Origin: Hyalangium minutum
GTDB taxonomy: Bacteria > Myxococcota > Myxococcia > Myxococcales > Myxococcaceae
Direction of reading: 5' to 3'
Assembly (NCBI RefSeq): GCF_000737315.1
Contig: NZ_JMCB01000001.1
Coordinates: forward strand, 82,001 to 144,000
DNA: 62,000 nucleotides
How positions within the stretch are numbered: position 1 is the first letter of the stretch; each line of letters begins with the position of its first letter. The notes below the pieces were generated by a model. That model was not told where the DNA came from and ran no database searches. It saw only the letters and a program-made list of their open reading frames with translations. Shown one piece after another: positions 34,501-42,950 of the stretch. The translations under genes were made by a program, and so were the position numbers.

Positions 34501-37500
34501 CGGCTTGCCCGCCGAGAGCGTGCACCTGGCCACGCCCGGCCCGCGCTACGCGGCGCTGGGTGGGCAGCGCTACCAGCTCCGCCCGGAGGAGCCAGCCGAC
34601 CACCTCGCGCTCCTCCAGGCGCTGCCGGGAGCAGGGCCTCTCGTGGTGCTCCACGCCTGGCGGCCCCGCGAGCAGGAGCCCACCTCGCCCTTGCAAGGCG
34701 CGGGGCTCGGCTCACTGCTGGCCACCAGCCAAGCGCTGCTCACGCTGAAACAGCGGCCGGAGCTCCGGCTGCTGGCCCTCTGCGCCACGGACGAGGACTC
34801 GCCCCTGTCCGCCGCCGTGGGCGGCTTCATCCGCTCCCTGGCGCAGGAGAGCACCCGCCTCCAGCCCCGAGCCATCCAGCTCGCGGACCCGGCCATCGCG
34901 TCCGATGTGGGCCGGCTCCTGGGTGAGCTGCGCGCCGGAGGGGAGCTGGAGGTGCGCCTGGACGCGTCGGGCCGCCTCGTGCGCCGCTTCCAGCGTGCCA
35001 CGTCCCCGGTGACGAGCCGCTCCGTCCTTCGTGAGAAGGGCGTCTACCTCATCACCGGAGGCATGGGAGGCTTGGGGCTGATCTTCGCGCGGCACCTGGT
35101 GGAGCGCTACCGCGCCTCGGTGGTGCTGACCGGCCGCTCCGCCCTGCGCGAGGAGCAGCAGCGCACGCTGGAGTCACTCCAGGCCCAGGGCGCCCAGCTG
35201 CTCTACCTCCGCGCCGACATCACCCAAGCCGCGGACATCGACTGGATGATGCGCGAGGTCCGCGCCCGCTTCGGGCACCTCCACGGGGTCCTCCACTCCG
35301 CCGGTGTCATCGAGGACGCCTACCTGTCTCAGAAGTCCCGAGAGTCGTTCGCGCGGGTGCTTGCGCCCAAGCTGGCGGGGACCTGGCTGCTGGACCTCGC
35401 CACCGCGCGGGAGCCGCTGGACTTCTTCGTGACGTTCTCCTCGGTGGCCTCGGTGTTCGGCAGCGCGGGCCAGACGGACTACGCCACCGCCAACCGCTTC
35501 CTGGATGCGCAGGCCACCTCCCGCGCGGCGCTCGTCCGGGCGGGCCAGCGCAGCGGCGTCACGCTGTCGCTCAACTGGCCCCTCTGGCAGGAGGGCGGAA
35601 TGCGCGTGGGCGCCGACGTGGTGGAGCTCACCGCCCGCACCACGGGACTGAGGCCCCTGGCCACCGCCACGGGCCTCCAGGCCTTCGAGGAGGCCCTCCG
35701 CCTGGGAGAGCCTCAGCTCGCCGTACTCCATGGAGATCGTGCGCGCATCGAGCAGGCGCTGGAGCCCGGTGCGGGTGCCACGCGCGCCCTGGAGCCCACG
35801 CCAGCCGGAAACCTCCCGGTCTTCGTGCCCCCGGCCGGCGCGGCCCACCCGGCCCGGCTCTCGCACGAGGAGCTCCTCCGCAGGCTCCAGGACTTCCTGC
35901 TTCGCAAGTCCTCCGAGCTGCTCAAGGTCAACGTCGCCGACATCGATCCCGACGATGACATGAGCGACTACGGCTTCGACTCGATCTCCCTGACCGAGCT
36001 GGCCAACGCGCTCAACGAGACCTTCGATCTGGCGCTCACGCCGGTGGTCTTCTTCGAGAACCCCGCCATCAGTGGCCTCGCCCGCTTCCTGATGGAGCGG
36101 CACCGCGACGCCTTCGCCGCGCACTACGATGCCGAGGCCCACGCGGCTGCTGGCCTGGCCGCCGCGCCGGCACCTGCCGCCGCGGCCGAGCCTGCTCCTC
36201 TCCTCGCCTCCGCGCCCATGCCCGCACCGCGGCCCTTGCAAGCCGAGCCGAGGCCGAGCGTCCTCACCGCTCCGAGCGCCCGCCTCTCTCAAGAGGCCCG
36301 CCCGGCGACGGCGGAGCCCATCGCCATCATCGGCATGGCGGGAGTCTTCCCGCAGTCACCGGACCTGGAGACGTTCTGGAAGAACCTGCTGGCGGGCAAG
36401 GATCTGATCCGCGAGGTCCCAGAGGAGCGCTGGGATTGGAAGGCCTGGTACGGCGACCCGAAGCGCGAGCCCAACAAGACGACGTGCAAGTGGGGTGGCT
36501 TCATCGATGAGGTGGATGCCTTCGACGCGCTCTTCTTCAACATCTCGCCGCGCGAGGCGCAGTTCATGGATCCGCAGCAGCGGATCTTCCTCGAGACAGC
36601 GTGGCGTGCCATCGAAGACGCGGGCTACAGCCCGCAGCGCCTGTCCGGCTCGGCCACGGGCGTGTTCACGGGCGTGACGCTGCACGACTACCTCGAGCTC
36701 ATCCAGCAGTCGGGCCTGGACATCGTCGCCCACACCTCCACGGGCAACGTCCACAGCATCGTCCCCAACCGGCTCAGCTACCTGCTGAACCTGCGCGGCC
36801 CGAGCGAGCCCATCGACACCGCGTGCTCCAGCTCCCTGGTGGCACTGCACCGGGCGGTGCGGGCGCTGCAGGCGGGGGACTGCGAGCTGGCCATTGCCGG
36901 CGGCATCAACGTGCTGCTGTCGCCCACCATGTTCGTCTCGTTCAGCAAGGCGGGCATGCTGGCCAGCGACGGCCGCTGCAAGACGTTCGACGCGCGCGCG
37001 GATGGCTACGTCCGCGGCGAGGGAGCGGGCGTGGTGCTGCTCAAGCCTCTGAGCAAGGCCGAGGCGGATGGAGACACCATCCACGCCATCATCCGAGGCA
37101 CGGCCGTCAACCACGGCGGCCATGCCCACTCGCTCACCGCGCCCAACCCCAACGCCCAGGCGGAGCTGCTCGTCACCGCCCATGAGCGCGCGGGGTTCTC
37201 CCCCGACACCGTGGGCTATATCGAGACGCACGGCACGGGCACGGAGCTGGGAGACCCCATCGAAATCGAGGGCCTGAAGAAGGCCTTCAGCCAGCTGGCC
37301 GAGCGGCGAGGCCTGCCGGGCTGGAACGGCGCCACCTGCGGGCTCGGCGCTGTGAAGACCAACGTGGGCCACCTGGAGTGCGCCTCCGGAATGGCGGGGC
37401 TCCTCAAGACGCTGCTGGCCATGCGGCACCGAATGCTGCCGCCGAACCTTCACTTCGAGCAGCTCAACCCCTACATCGACTTGAAGGGCAGCCCCTTCTA

Positions 37501-40500
37501 CGTCGTCGACACGCCGCGCGCCTGGGAGCCGCTGAAGGATCGCCACGGCCAGCCCCTGCCGCTGCGAGCGGGCATCAGCTCGTTCGGCTTCGGTGGGGTC
37601 AACGCCCACGTCGTCATCGAGGAGTATGTGCCTCGCCCACGGCCGCCGGCGGAGGCGGCACCTCAGCTCTTCATCCTCTCCGCGCGAGAGGGCGAGCGCC
37701 TCAAGGAGTACGCGCGCCGGCTGCGGGACTCCGTCGCCGCCCGCCTCGATCGCAAGGACGAGCAGGTCTCCCTGGCGGACATGGCCTACACGCTGCAGGT
37801 GGGCCGCGATGTCATGGACACGCGGCTGGCCATCATCGCGCAGAGCGAGCAGGAGCTCGTCGCCCGGCTGGACGCCTTCCTCGCGGACAAGGCGGCTCCA
37901 GACGCCGTCTTCACGGGCCAGCGTCCCGCGCGCAAGCAGGCCTCCGCGCTCGTCTTCGGCGATGACGAGGATGACAAGGCCTACCTGCGCTCGCTGCTGG
38001 GCAAGGGCAAGCTGGCGAAGCTGGCCTCGCTCTGGGTGCAGGGCCAGGAGCTCGACTGGACTTTCCTCCACGAAGGGCGCCTGCGGCGTCGCGTCGAGTT
38101 GCCCACCTACCCGTTCGCTCGCGAGAAGCACTGGCTCCCGCGGGTGCGGCCAGTCGAAGGCACTCCCACGCTCACCCGGGCCGCCCCCGTGGCCCAAGCT
38201 CCAGCGCCCCAGGCTCCTGCGCCTCAAGCTCCCGCGCCGGCGGAGGTGCCCACGCCCCCGCCCGGGGAGAAGCTCCTGCTCGTCAAGCGCTGGCGGCCCG
38301 CTCCTGCCCCCGTGACAGCGCCCACGCTGCGCGGCATGTACTTGGTGCTCCTCAATGGCGAGGGTGCCATCGATGTCCTCAAGGATCTCGGCTCGCAGCC
38401 GGAGTGCCAGTGGATCGCAATCAAGGGCGCCAGTGGGCTCCCCCGGCTCACCGCGCGGGAGTACGAGCTCGACTTCTCGGATGGCGAGCAGGGCACCCGG
38501 CTCATCACGGAGTTGCTCTCCCGCCACCCGCAAGTGAATGGGCTGGTCGATCTGTCGGACGTGTACGCCGCCCCACGCGTCAGCCCGGATCGGGACGCGG
38601 GCAAGGTGGCCGTGCTCCAGGGGCTGCTGCGGCACACCGGCCAGGCGCCGCTGCGCATCCTGCACTTCACCCACGGGCTCGTCCCCTTCGAGAACACCGT
38701 CCCGACGCTCGCGGGGGCCACGGTGGCTGGCATCGTCCGGATGCTGGGCGCCGAGTACGGGCGCGTCCGAGCCGTCACGGTCGATGTGGATCTGAGCTGT
38801 GACCGCTCCGAGGAGTTGCTAGCCCTGGTGGCTGCCGAGGCCTCGGCTGACACGGGCATGGGCGAGGTCTGCTACCGCAAGGGCACCCGGTACCTCCCGT
38901 ACCTCGAGGAGGTGGCAGTGAGCGCTCCCGGAGAGGCCACGCGGCTAGGGCCCTTCCCGGTGGACCCGGCGCGGACCTACGTCATCACCGGAGGCACAGG
39001 GGGGCTCGGCTTCGAGGCGGCCCGGACGCTGGTGGCCAAGGGCGCCCGGCGCCTGGCGCTCCTGGGCGCCCGGACGCTGCCACCGCGGGACTCCTGGTCG
39101 AGCCTGCTCGCCTCCAGCAGCACGGAGCAGGACGTGGCGACCCGCGTCCGCCGGGTGCTGGAACTGGAGCAGGCGGGCGCGCAAGTGGCCCTCTACCATG
39201 GCCCGCTCAGCGATGAGCCGAGGCTCGCCGCCTTCTTCAGCGACACCCGGAAGCGGCTGGGCGCCATCGCTGGCGTCATCCACTGCGCAGGCATCGTCTC
39301 GCAGCGCCCGCCCTCCTTCTCGCAGAAGGGCCTCGAGGACATGCGGCGCGTCTGGGAGCCCAAGGTCCGAGGACTGATCGTCCTGAGCGGGGTGCTCAAG
39401 GCCGACACGCCGGACTTCTTCCTCCTCTACTCGTCCGTCTCCGCGGTGGTGCCCTCGCTGGCGGTGGGGATGGCCGATTACGCCAGCGCGAATGGCTTCC
39501 TGGACGCCTTCGCGGCGTACCAGGCGGGCAAGAGCCGCACGCGCTTCCTGGCGCTGAACTGGCCCAGCTGGAAGGACACGGGAATGGGGGAGATCAGCAG
39601 CCCCCGTTACACCGGCCTGGGCTTCACCGCCCATGGCACGCGCGAGGGCATGGAGTTGCTCGAGGCGGCGCTGTCCCTCCCCGACACGACGAGCGTCATG
39701 CCCTGCGTGGTGAACCGCGCCACCTTGCGGCTGGATCGGATGCTGTCCACCCAGGGAGCAGAGCCCGCCGCCCCCGCACGGGCTCCCCAGGCGGCCCCCG
39801 CCGCGCCCGCCCAGGCCGACACGCCGACCCCCACCGCAGCGCGTGCTCCGGCGGTGGACCTGTTCGCCGCCACGCGGGAGCTGATCCTGGAGCTGCTGTC
39901 CCGCGAGCTGATGATCGACAAGGCCCGCTTCCAGGGGGACGCGCCCTTTGGAGACTACGGCGTGGACTCCATCGTCATCGCGGATCTGGTGACCAAGATG
40001 GAGCGCTTCACCGGCAAGCCGGTGGACCCCTCGATCATCCTCGAGCACTCCACGCTCGACACGCTCAGCCACTACCTGAGCGAGGCATTCCAGCCGGGCC
40101 TGGAGGCCTTCCTGGCGCGCGGCAGCACCGGCGCTGGCGCCCCTGCGCCGCAGGCCTCACCGCTGCCGGTGGCTCCTTCGGCGCCAGTGCCGCCTCCGGT
40201 GCCGCTCCCAGAGAGCCAGCCCGCCGCGCCCCCCGCGCTGGTGACGACGGCGGGCTCCACGCCTCGCCAGAAGATTGCCGTCATCGGTGCGGCCTGCCGC
40301 GTCCCGGGGGCGGAGAGCCTGGAGGCCTACTGGGAGAACCTGCGCACCGGCCGATTCAGCATCAGCGAGGTGCCGCGCTCGCGCTGGAACAGCGACGAGC
40401 TGTACCGCCCCCACCATGAGAAGGGGAAGAGCATCAGCAAGTGGGGGGGCTTCCTCGACGGCATCGAGCTCTTCGATCCTGGCTACTTCGGCATCCCCGA

Positions 40501-41749
40501 GGAGGACGCGGCCCACATGGACCCGCTCATCCGCCTCTTCCTGGAGTGCAGCGAGCAGACGCTGCGCAACGCCGGCTACGCGAAGACGGATCTCTGGAAC
40601 CGGCGGGTGGGCACCTTCGTGGGCTCGGGCACCAGCACCTATGGCACCCGCATCCTCGTGCCCAGCCGCAGCACCGCCACCGGGCTGAACCAGAACTTCA
40701 TTGGCGCGCACGTGGCCCACGTCTTCAACTTCAAGGGCCCCAACATGGTGGTGGACACGGCCTGCTCGTCCTCGCTGACGAGCATCTACCTGGCCTGCCA
40801 GAGCCTCGCCGCGGGTGAGTGCGAGCTCGCTCTTGCCGGTGGCGTGGACGTCCTGCTCGACGAGGTGCCCTACCTGAAGCTGAGCGAGGCCAAGGCGCTC
40901 TCGCCGGACGGCCGCTGCCACACGTTCGACGTGAAGGCCAACGGCTTCGTGCCGGGCGAGGGCGTGGGCGCCATTCTGCTCAAGCCACTGGAACGGGCCC
41001 TCGCGGATGGAGACCGCATCCTCTCCGTCATCGAGGCGTGCGCCATGAACAACGACGGCCACACCATGGGCCTCACCACCCCCAACATGCAGGCGCAGCA
41101 GGAGGTGGTGCAGCAGGCCCTGGAGAAGGCGGGCGTCAGCGCCCGCACCGTCACCTACGTGGAGACGCACGGCACGGGGACGATGATCGGCGATCCCATC
41201 GAGCTCAAGGGCCTGATGAACGTGTTCCGGCGTGACACCGCCGACAACCAGTTCTGCGCGGTGGGCAGCGTGAAGACGAACATCGGCCACCTGATGCTCG
41301 CCGCCGGGATCGCGGGCTTCATCAAGCTGACGCTCTCGCTCCAGCACCGGCTCATCCCGCCCACGCTGCACTGCGACGAGCCCAACCCGCGCTTCGCCTT
41401 CCAGACCTCCCCCTTCATGCCCGCCCTCACGGCCCGTGAGTGGGTGCCGTATCAGGGGGTGCGCCGCGCGGGCATCAGCGCGTTCGGCTTCGGGGGCACC
41501 AACTGCCACATCCTCGTCCGGGACTTCGATCCGGCCGACCATGCGGGCTACCAGGTCCGGCGCGTGGCGCTGCCGCCCGCGGAGTTCCGCAAGAAGCGGT
41601 ACTGGTTCGAGAAGCCCTCGTCGACGCCCGTCGCCCCAGGCCACCCTGCCCCTCTGCCCGTCCGCGAGCCCACCGCCCCCAACACCCTGCGCCCCAACCC
41701 GCTCAACGGGGCCCGCAAGCTCCTCGTCCTGGAGGACTCCGGCCCATGA
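27692..41749 (+). CDS. trans-AT PKS 1: DH(MaoC)-KR-FkbH-ACP-KS1-DH-KR-ACP-KS2-KR-ACP-KS3
   Basis: One uninterrupted ORF with no integrated AT. KS1-3 all have DTAC, HGTGT and GH. Start ATG 27692 is preferred over TTG 27623, which lies inside the terminator. Confidence 0.96.
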   Translation: MSPASTLNEVRFTRGELEQFCQASLDTNPLHLSDDYARKSPYGARIVHGILGALTLLGRLRERPQQRLARLELRFLNPLFLDQPYRLSIQEPTPDKTLATLFDGGRELLQLVAHFHTGPLARPPAADTPARAPREQPAELGLEDLRAGQLLEEDYSPRWSVLTDLIHQLGVTGKGVDVQQAAVLAWSSYLIGMEVPGRQALYSRLDADFDAVAGEASSLHCRTEVQSVEKQFGLVRLRARVGAGTPIASLELRAFVRPELPPSSVELLTRLQPESRVLAGKVALVIGGSRGLGAALVQALALQGCTVYLNYLKSEREAAAVRDALGARASAVHLLQGDGSDLEWCQRAQAEILGRHGRLDLLLCNACLPLQPLRVEPDPTSRLTEYVRKSLALVHAPLSCFLEELARQKGQAVVLSSSAVREPLAGWPHYVSAKCAIEGLARTAALEYPQVSVIVARPPRLLTELTNTPLGNDSALRPEAVATSLVRSLLTAPSTGQVVMLEDFTDTASVRPPTEAPPPAQEQAAPQEKAASQEKAVPQEQKTAPRRKLAIAATFTAEPLQESLEFWGEELKLGLEVEFAPYNQIFQELLAPSSLLSGNAEGLNVLLLRPEDWVHYEHADGRDDHGPAHPAERDFATFSQKVERSTGDLIAAVKTHKARSKAPLLVCLCPSTPELLRHKGYALFLRRIEERLERELKAQPGTYVLQAAAFAEQYPVSQYHDEVRDQMGHIPYTPAYFSVLGTLVTRALHSILTPPFKVIVLDCDNTLWKGVCGEDGPQGVDISPSYRYLQEQMVRQQAQGMILCLCSKNVESDVIEVFKQRPEMALKLEHITTHRINWLPKSQNLRSLAEELNVGLDSFIFLDDNPVEIAEVKAACPQVLALTVPKEAEALPTLVDHIWAFDRLVVTEEDKKRTQMYRQNKERDTYQQSATSFGEFLHGLGLDIRITEMTAAQRPRVSQLTQRTNQFNFTTVRRSEAELQQLVDAGTHQIWTTQVSDRFGDYGLVGVVISRRDADRISVDSFMLSCRVLGRGVEHAMLARLGQLALDSGLEWVEATFTPTAKNPPALRFLEAAGSQFRQEAEGRSIFRFPAQYAATVTFSPDKVDQQDLELAANADKGGKPTAPASMDASRLERLERITRELSEPRRIHERVSAYHAARRAGPLPAPEVRPTEPAMSAAAAPPSNAPSAPSAPGEPDEAALLRATVDFLQGIFGRFLSAARTGVKLDTHFEALGLTSFSIIDITVALEDELGSLPKTLLFEHKTLGSLARYLFTERRADLLRKVKPTAAPAAVPVPVPALMPTASLERPHSQETASGPSSKTDIAIIGISGRYPQARNLHEFWESLRAGRSNITEVPADRWEHSRFYDPSGKKRDKSYTKWGGFVEGVGEFDSLFFNISPKEAEQMDPQQRLFLEVVYEAVEDAGYTRRTLGRNVGVYAGVMANNYLLFSAEAALAGHSPYPYADNYQVANRISYFFDFSGPSLSIDTACSASGVALHTACEALRSGACSVAIAGGVNLILHPYRSVQYSQMTMLSRDERCRAFGSDAQGFVMGEGVGAVLLKPLAQALKDGDHIYGLIKGSAVNHGGRTSGFTVPNPTAQGELVAEALKRGGVDARSISYVEAHGTGTPLGDPIEVRGLTAAFRQDTADTGFCAIGSVKPNIGHLEPAAAIAGLTKVLLQMRHGTLVPSLNSEQLNPYIDFESSPFRVQRERAEWKRPRWKRQGVTVEAPRRAGLSSFGAGGVNAHLVVEEYVHEPTSATQGPQLIVLSAKNAERLRESLERLQRALTHPPQAPAHLRPSLGDIAYTLQVGRESFEERVALIVQDLEELSRKLEKLAVGEKGVEGVFTGNIKNRGAVDTLGEGEEALAFTQALIRNGRLDKLAQLWTQGAELPWEQLHAGQKRRRVPLPTYPFARTRHWLPESGLLSGPRPVEPREARLAPTRPHPMIDRERSSPEGQRFETRWDGSEFYLRDHVVAARKTLPGVAYLELARAAGALARGAGVARLRAMVWSQPILVPGAPVEAQVALHAVKHGTDVTISTGTSDGNRVVHARCRLGDEHLEALSAPPLLDLESLRQRCTHRKSQEQVYADFIAQGFTYGPTFQAVVEHLSSESEALSLLELPATAGEPDHFGLHPSLLDGALQTIIAKVRGNETYLPFALDELTQYGPLPRRCHAYVRFEREDAEQLRCNVRLLDETGRTLVALDGLTLRALKPKSVETAPSGAPLYRPVWERVSAPAFELPSRDTTFLLFDEGEERFQAWTRFLGERGLPAESVHLATPGPRYAALGGQRYQLRPEEPADHLALLQALPGAGPLVVLHAWRPREQEPTSPLQGAGLGSLLATSQALLTLKQRPELRLLALCATDEDSPLSAAVGGFIRSLAQESTRLQPRAIQLADPAIASDVGRLLGELRAGGELEVRLDASGRLVRRFQRATSPVTSRSVLREKGVYLITGGMGGLGLIFARHLVERYRASVVLTGRSALREEQQRTLESLQAQGAQLLYLRADITQAADIDWMMREVRARFGHLHGVLHSAGVIEDAYLSQKSRESFARVLAPKLAGTWLLDLATAREPLDFFVTFSSVASVFGSAGQTDYATANRFLDAQATSRAALVRAGQRSGVTLSLNWPLWQEGGMRVGADVVELTARTTGLRPLATATGLQAFEEALRLGEPQLAVLHGDRARIEQALEPGAGATRALEPTPAGNLPVFVPPAGAAHPARLSHEELLRRLQDFLLRKSSELLKVNVADIDPDDDMSDYGFDSISLTELANALNETFDLALTPVVFFENPAISGLARFLMERHRDAFAAHYDAEAHAAAGLAAAPAPAAAAEPAPLLASAPMPAPRPLQAEPRPSVLTAPSARLSQEARPATAEPIAIIGMAGVFPQSPDLETFWKNLLAGKDLIREVPEERWDWKAWYGDPKREPNKTTCKWGGFIDEVDAFDALFFNISPREAQFMDPQQRIFLETAWRAIEDAGYSPQRLSGSATGVFTGVTLHDYLELIQQSGLDIVAHTSTGNVHSIVPNRLSYLLNLRGPSEPIDTACSSSLVALHRAVRALQAGDCELAIAGGINVLLSPTMFVSFSKAGMLASDGRCKTFDARADGYVRGEGAGVVLLKPLSKAEADGDTIHAIIRGTAVNHGGHAHSLTAPNPNAQAELLVTAHERAGFSPDTVGYIETHGTGTELGDPIEIEGLKKAFSQLAERRGLPGWNGATCGLGAVKTNVGHLECASGMAGLLKTLLAMRHRMLPPNLHFEQLNPYIDLKGSPFYVVDTPRAWEPLKDRHGQPLPLRAGISSFGFGGVNAHVVIEEYVPRPRPPAEAAPQLFILSAREGERLKEYARRLRDSVAARLDRKDEQVSLADMAYTLQVGRDVMDTRLAIIAQSEQELVARLDAFLADKAAPDAVFTGQRPARKQASALVFGDDEDDKAYLRSLLGKGKLAKLASLWVQGQELDWTFLHEGRLRRRVELPTYPFAREKHWLPRVRPVEGTPTLTRAAPVAQAPAPQAPAPQAPAPAEVPTPPPGEKLLLVKRWRPAPAPVTAPTLRGMYLVLLNGEGAIDVLKDLGSQPECQWIAIKGASGLPRLTAREYELDFSDGEQGTRLITELLSRHPQVNGLVDLSDVYAAPRVSPDRDAGKVAVLQGLLRHTGQAPLRILHFTHGLVPFENTVPTLAGATVAGIVRMLGAEYGRVRAVTVDVDLSCDRSEELLALVAAEASADTGMGEVCYRKGTRYLPYLEEVAVSAPGEATRLGPFPVDPARTYVITGGTGGLGFEAARTLVAKGARRLALLGARTLPPRDSWSSLLASSSTEQDVATRVRRVLELEQAGAQVALYHGPLSDEPRLAAFFSDTRKRLGAIAGVIHCAGIVSQRPPSFSQKGLEDMRRVWEPKVRGLIVLSGVLKADTPDFFLLYSSVSAVVPSLAVGMADYASANGFLDAFAAYQAGKSRTRFLALNWPSWKDTGMGEISSPRYTGLGFTAHGTREGMELLEAALSLPDTTSVMPCVVNRATLRLDRMLSTQGAEPAAPARAPQAAPAAPAQADTPTPTAARAPAVDLFAATRELILELLSRELMIDKARFQGDAPFGDYGVDSIVIADLVTKMERFTGKPVDPSIILEHSTLDTLSHYLSEAFQPGLEAFLARGSTGAGAPAPQASPLPVAPSAPVPPPVPLPESQPAAPPALVTTAGSTPRQKIAVIGAACRVPGAESLEAYWENLRTGRFSISEVPRSRWNSDELYRPHHEKGKSISKWGGFLDGIELFDPGYFGIPEEDAAHMDPLIRLFLECSEQTLRNAGYAKTDLWNRRVGTFVGSGTSTYGTRILVPSRSTATGLNQNFIGAHVAHVFNFKGPNMVVDTACSSSLTSIYLACQSLAAGECELALAGGVDVLLDEVPYLKLSEAKALSPDGRCHTFDVKANGFVPGEGVGAILLKPLERALADGDRILSVIEACAMNNDGHTMGLTTPNMQAQQEVVQQALEKAGVSARTVTYVETHGTGTMIGDPIELKGLMNVFRRDTADNQFCAVGSVKTNIGHLMLAAGIAGFIKLTLSLQHRLIPPTLHCDEPNPRFAFQTSPFMPALTAREWVPYQGVRRAGISAFGFGGTNCHILVRDFDPADHAGYQVRRVALPPAEFRKKRYWFEKPSSTPVAPGHPAPLPVREPTAPNTLRPNPLNGARKLLVLEDSGP
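29252..29323 (+). repeat. 4 x 18-bp degenerate tandem repeat encoding QE(Q/K)xx(P/S/A) in the KR-FkbH linker
   Basis: CAGGAGCAAGCCGCGCCA / CAAGAGAAGGCCGCATCA / CAGGAGAAGGCCGTGCCA / CAGGAGCAGAAGACTGCC. Confidence 0.75.
31658..36120 (+). other. Module 1: KS1-DH-KR(B-type)-ACP
   Basis: KS Cys at 32159; DH HVVAARKTLP and HPSLLDG; KR HSAGVIED and TDYATAN; ACP GFDS. Limits approximate. Confidence 0.87.
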
Positions 41750-42950
41750 GCCCCACGATCGTGAACCCGCCCGTGATGGCCCTCTCGTCCAAGCGTCTCA
41801 AGACGACCGTCCTCTTCGAGGACTACATGGTGCGCGATCACCTCGTGCACGGGGTGCGCATCCTCCCCGGCGTCTTCTTCCTGGATCTCACCTACCGGAT
41901 GGCCCGCCAGCAGGGGCTGGAGCCAGGCCAGGTGGAGCTGCGCCGGTGCCTCTTCATCGAGCCCATCGCCGTCACCGAGAGCTACGACAAGCAGGTGCGG
42001 CTCTCCGTCGAGCCGCAGGGGGATCACGCCGCCATCTCGGTGGAGAGCCGCAAGGTGAAGGACGGCGTCGCCCTCGAGGAGCAGTGGACCGCCAACTTCA
42101 CCTGTGAGCTTCACCAGGTCCCACGGGAGCCGAGGGCCCCGCTGGACATCGCTCGCCTCCGGGCCACCGCCACGCGCCGGGCGGACGCGGACGAGCTGTA
42201 TGCCTTCGCCCGCTCGGTGGACATCGACCACCAGGAGTTCATGAAGGCCCTGGGCACGCTGCACTACGGCCAAGGCTGGCTGCTGGCCGAGGTGACGCTG
42301 AGCGAGCTCGCGCAAGGCTACCTGGAGCACTTCCACGTCCACCCAGCCTACCTGGACTTCTCCACGCTGATGCCGTTCTGCCTCTTCGAGAAGGACGCGG
42401 CGGAGCGGCAGCCCTTCATCCCCATCTTCATCGACGCGTTCCGCGCCCATGGCCCGCTGAGCCGCACCTGCGTTGCCTACGTGGAGCAGACCGGTCAGCA
42501 GAGCCTCTCCGGCGACACCGTCCACAGCGACATCCGGCTGTTCAGCCCCGAGGGGGAGCTGCTCGTCCACTTCCGGAACTTCCGCGCGAAGAAGATCCGC
42601 ACCCGGAACCTCATCACCCAGCACCAGGCCCCGAGCCAAGCGCCCGAGCCCGCCCGTCCAGCGCTCACGCCGGTCGCTCCGCCTGCAGCCCCGCGCCCCA
42701 GCGCTTCCGCGTCCCCACTGGAGCGGGTCCAGGCAGAGCTGCGCTCGCTGGTGAGCCGCGCCCTGAAGCGTCTCCCCGAGGACGTGGACGTGAACGCGGG
42801 CTTCTACGAGCAGGGGCTCGCCTCGGTGGATCTGCTGCAGATCGTCCGTGCCCTGGAGGCCCGGCTTGGGCGCGAGCTGTATCCCACGCTCCTCTTCGAG
42901 TACACCACCGTCTCGGCCCTTGCGGGCTACCTCGTGGAGCAGTTCGGGGA
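36314..42950 (+). other. Dehydrating bimodule split across PKS1/PKS2: KS2-KR(A-type)-ACP-KS3 | DH-ACP
   Basis: KR2 lacks the LDD Asp (HCAGIVSQ; PSLAVGMADY); KS3 is C-terminal; PKS2 begins with a DH (DHLVHGVRILPG, YLD) followed by ACP GLAS. This is the known type-A bimodule layout associated with Z-olefins. Confidence 0.8.

Noticed and set aside
29468-34696. 1742-aa minus-strand ORF, and similar long antisense ORFs at 36356-38674, 41548-44370, 44500-46302, 46636-48363, 49413-51158, 53430-55199, 57991-59544 and 59626-61356
   Set aside because: All lie antisense to PKS genes with clear domain motifs; they are codon-bias artefacts.
38190-38240. Short APQAP, PTPT and VPVP repeats in PKS linkers (also near 31567 and 49790)
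   Set aside because: Ordinary low-complexity Pro/Ala interdomain linkers; not CRISPR-like and not informative.
41440-41745. ORF-track N-terminal extension of PKS2
   Set aside because: It overlaps the C-terminus of KS3 in PKS1 in another frame and is low-complexity. ATG 41746 gives an ATGA coupling and starts right at the DH.
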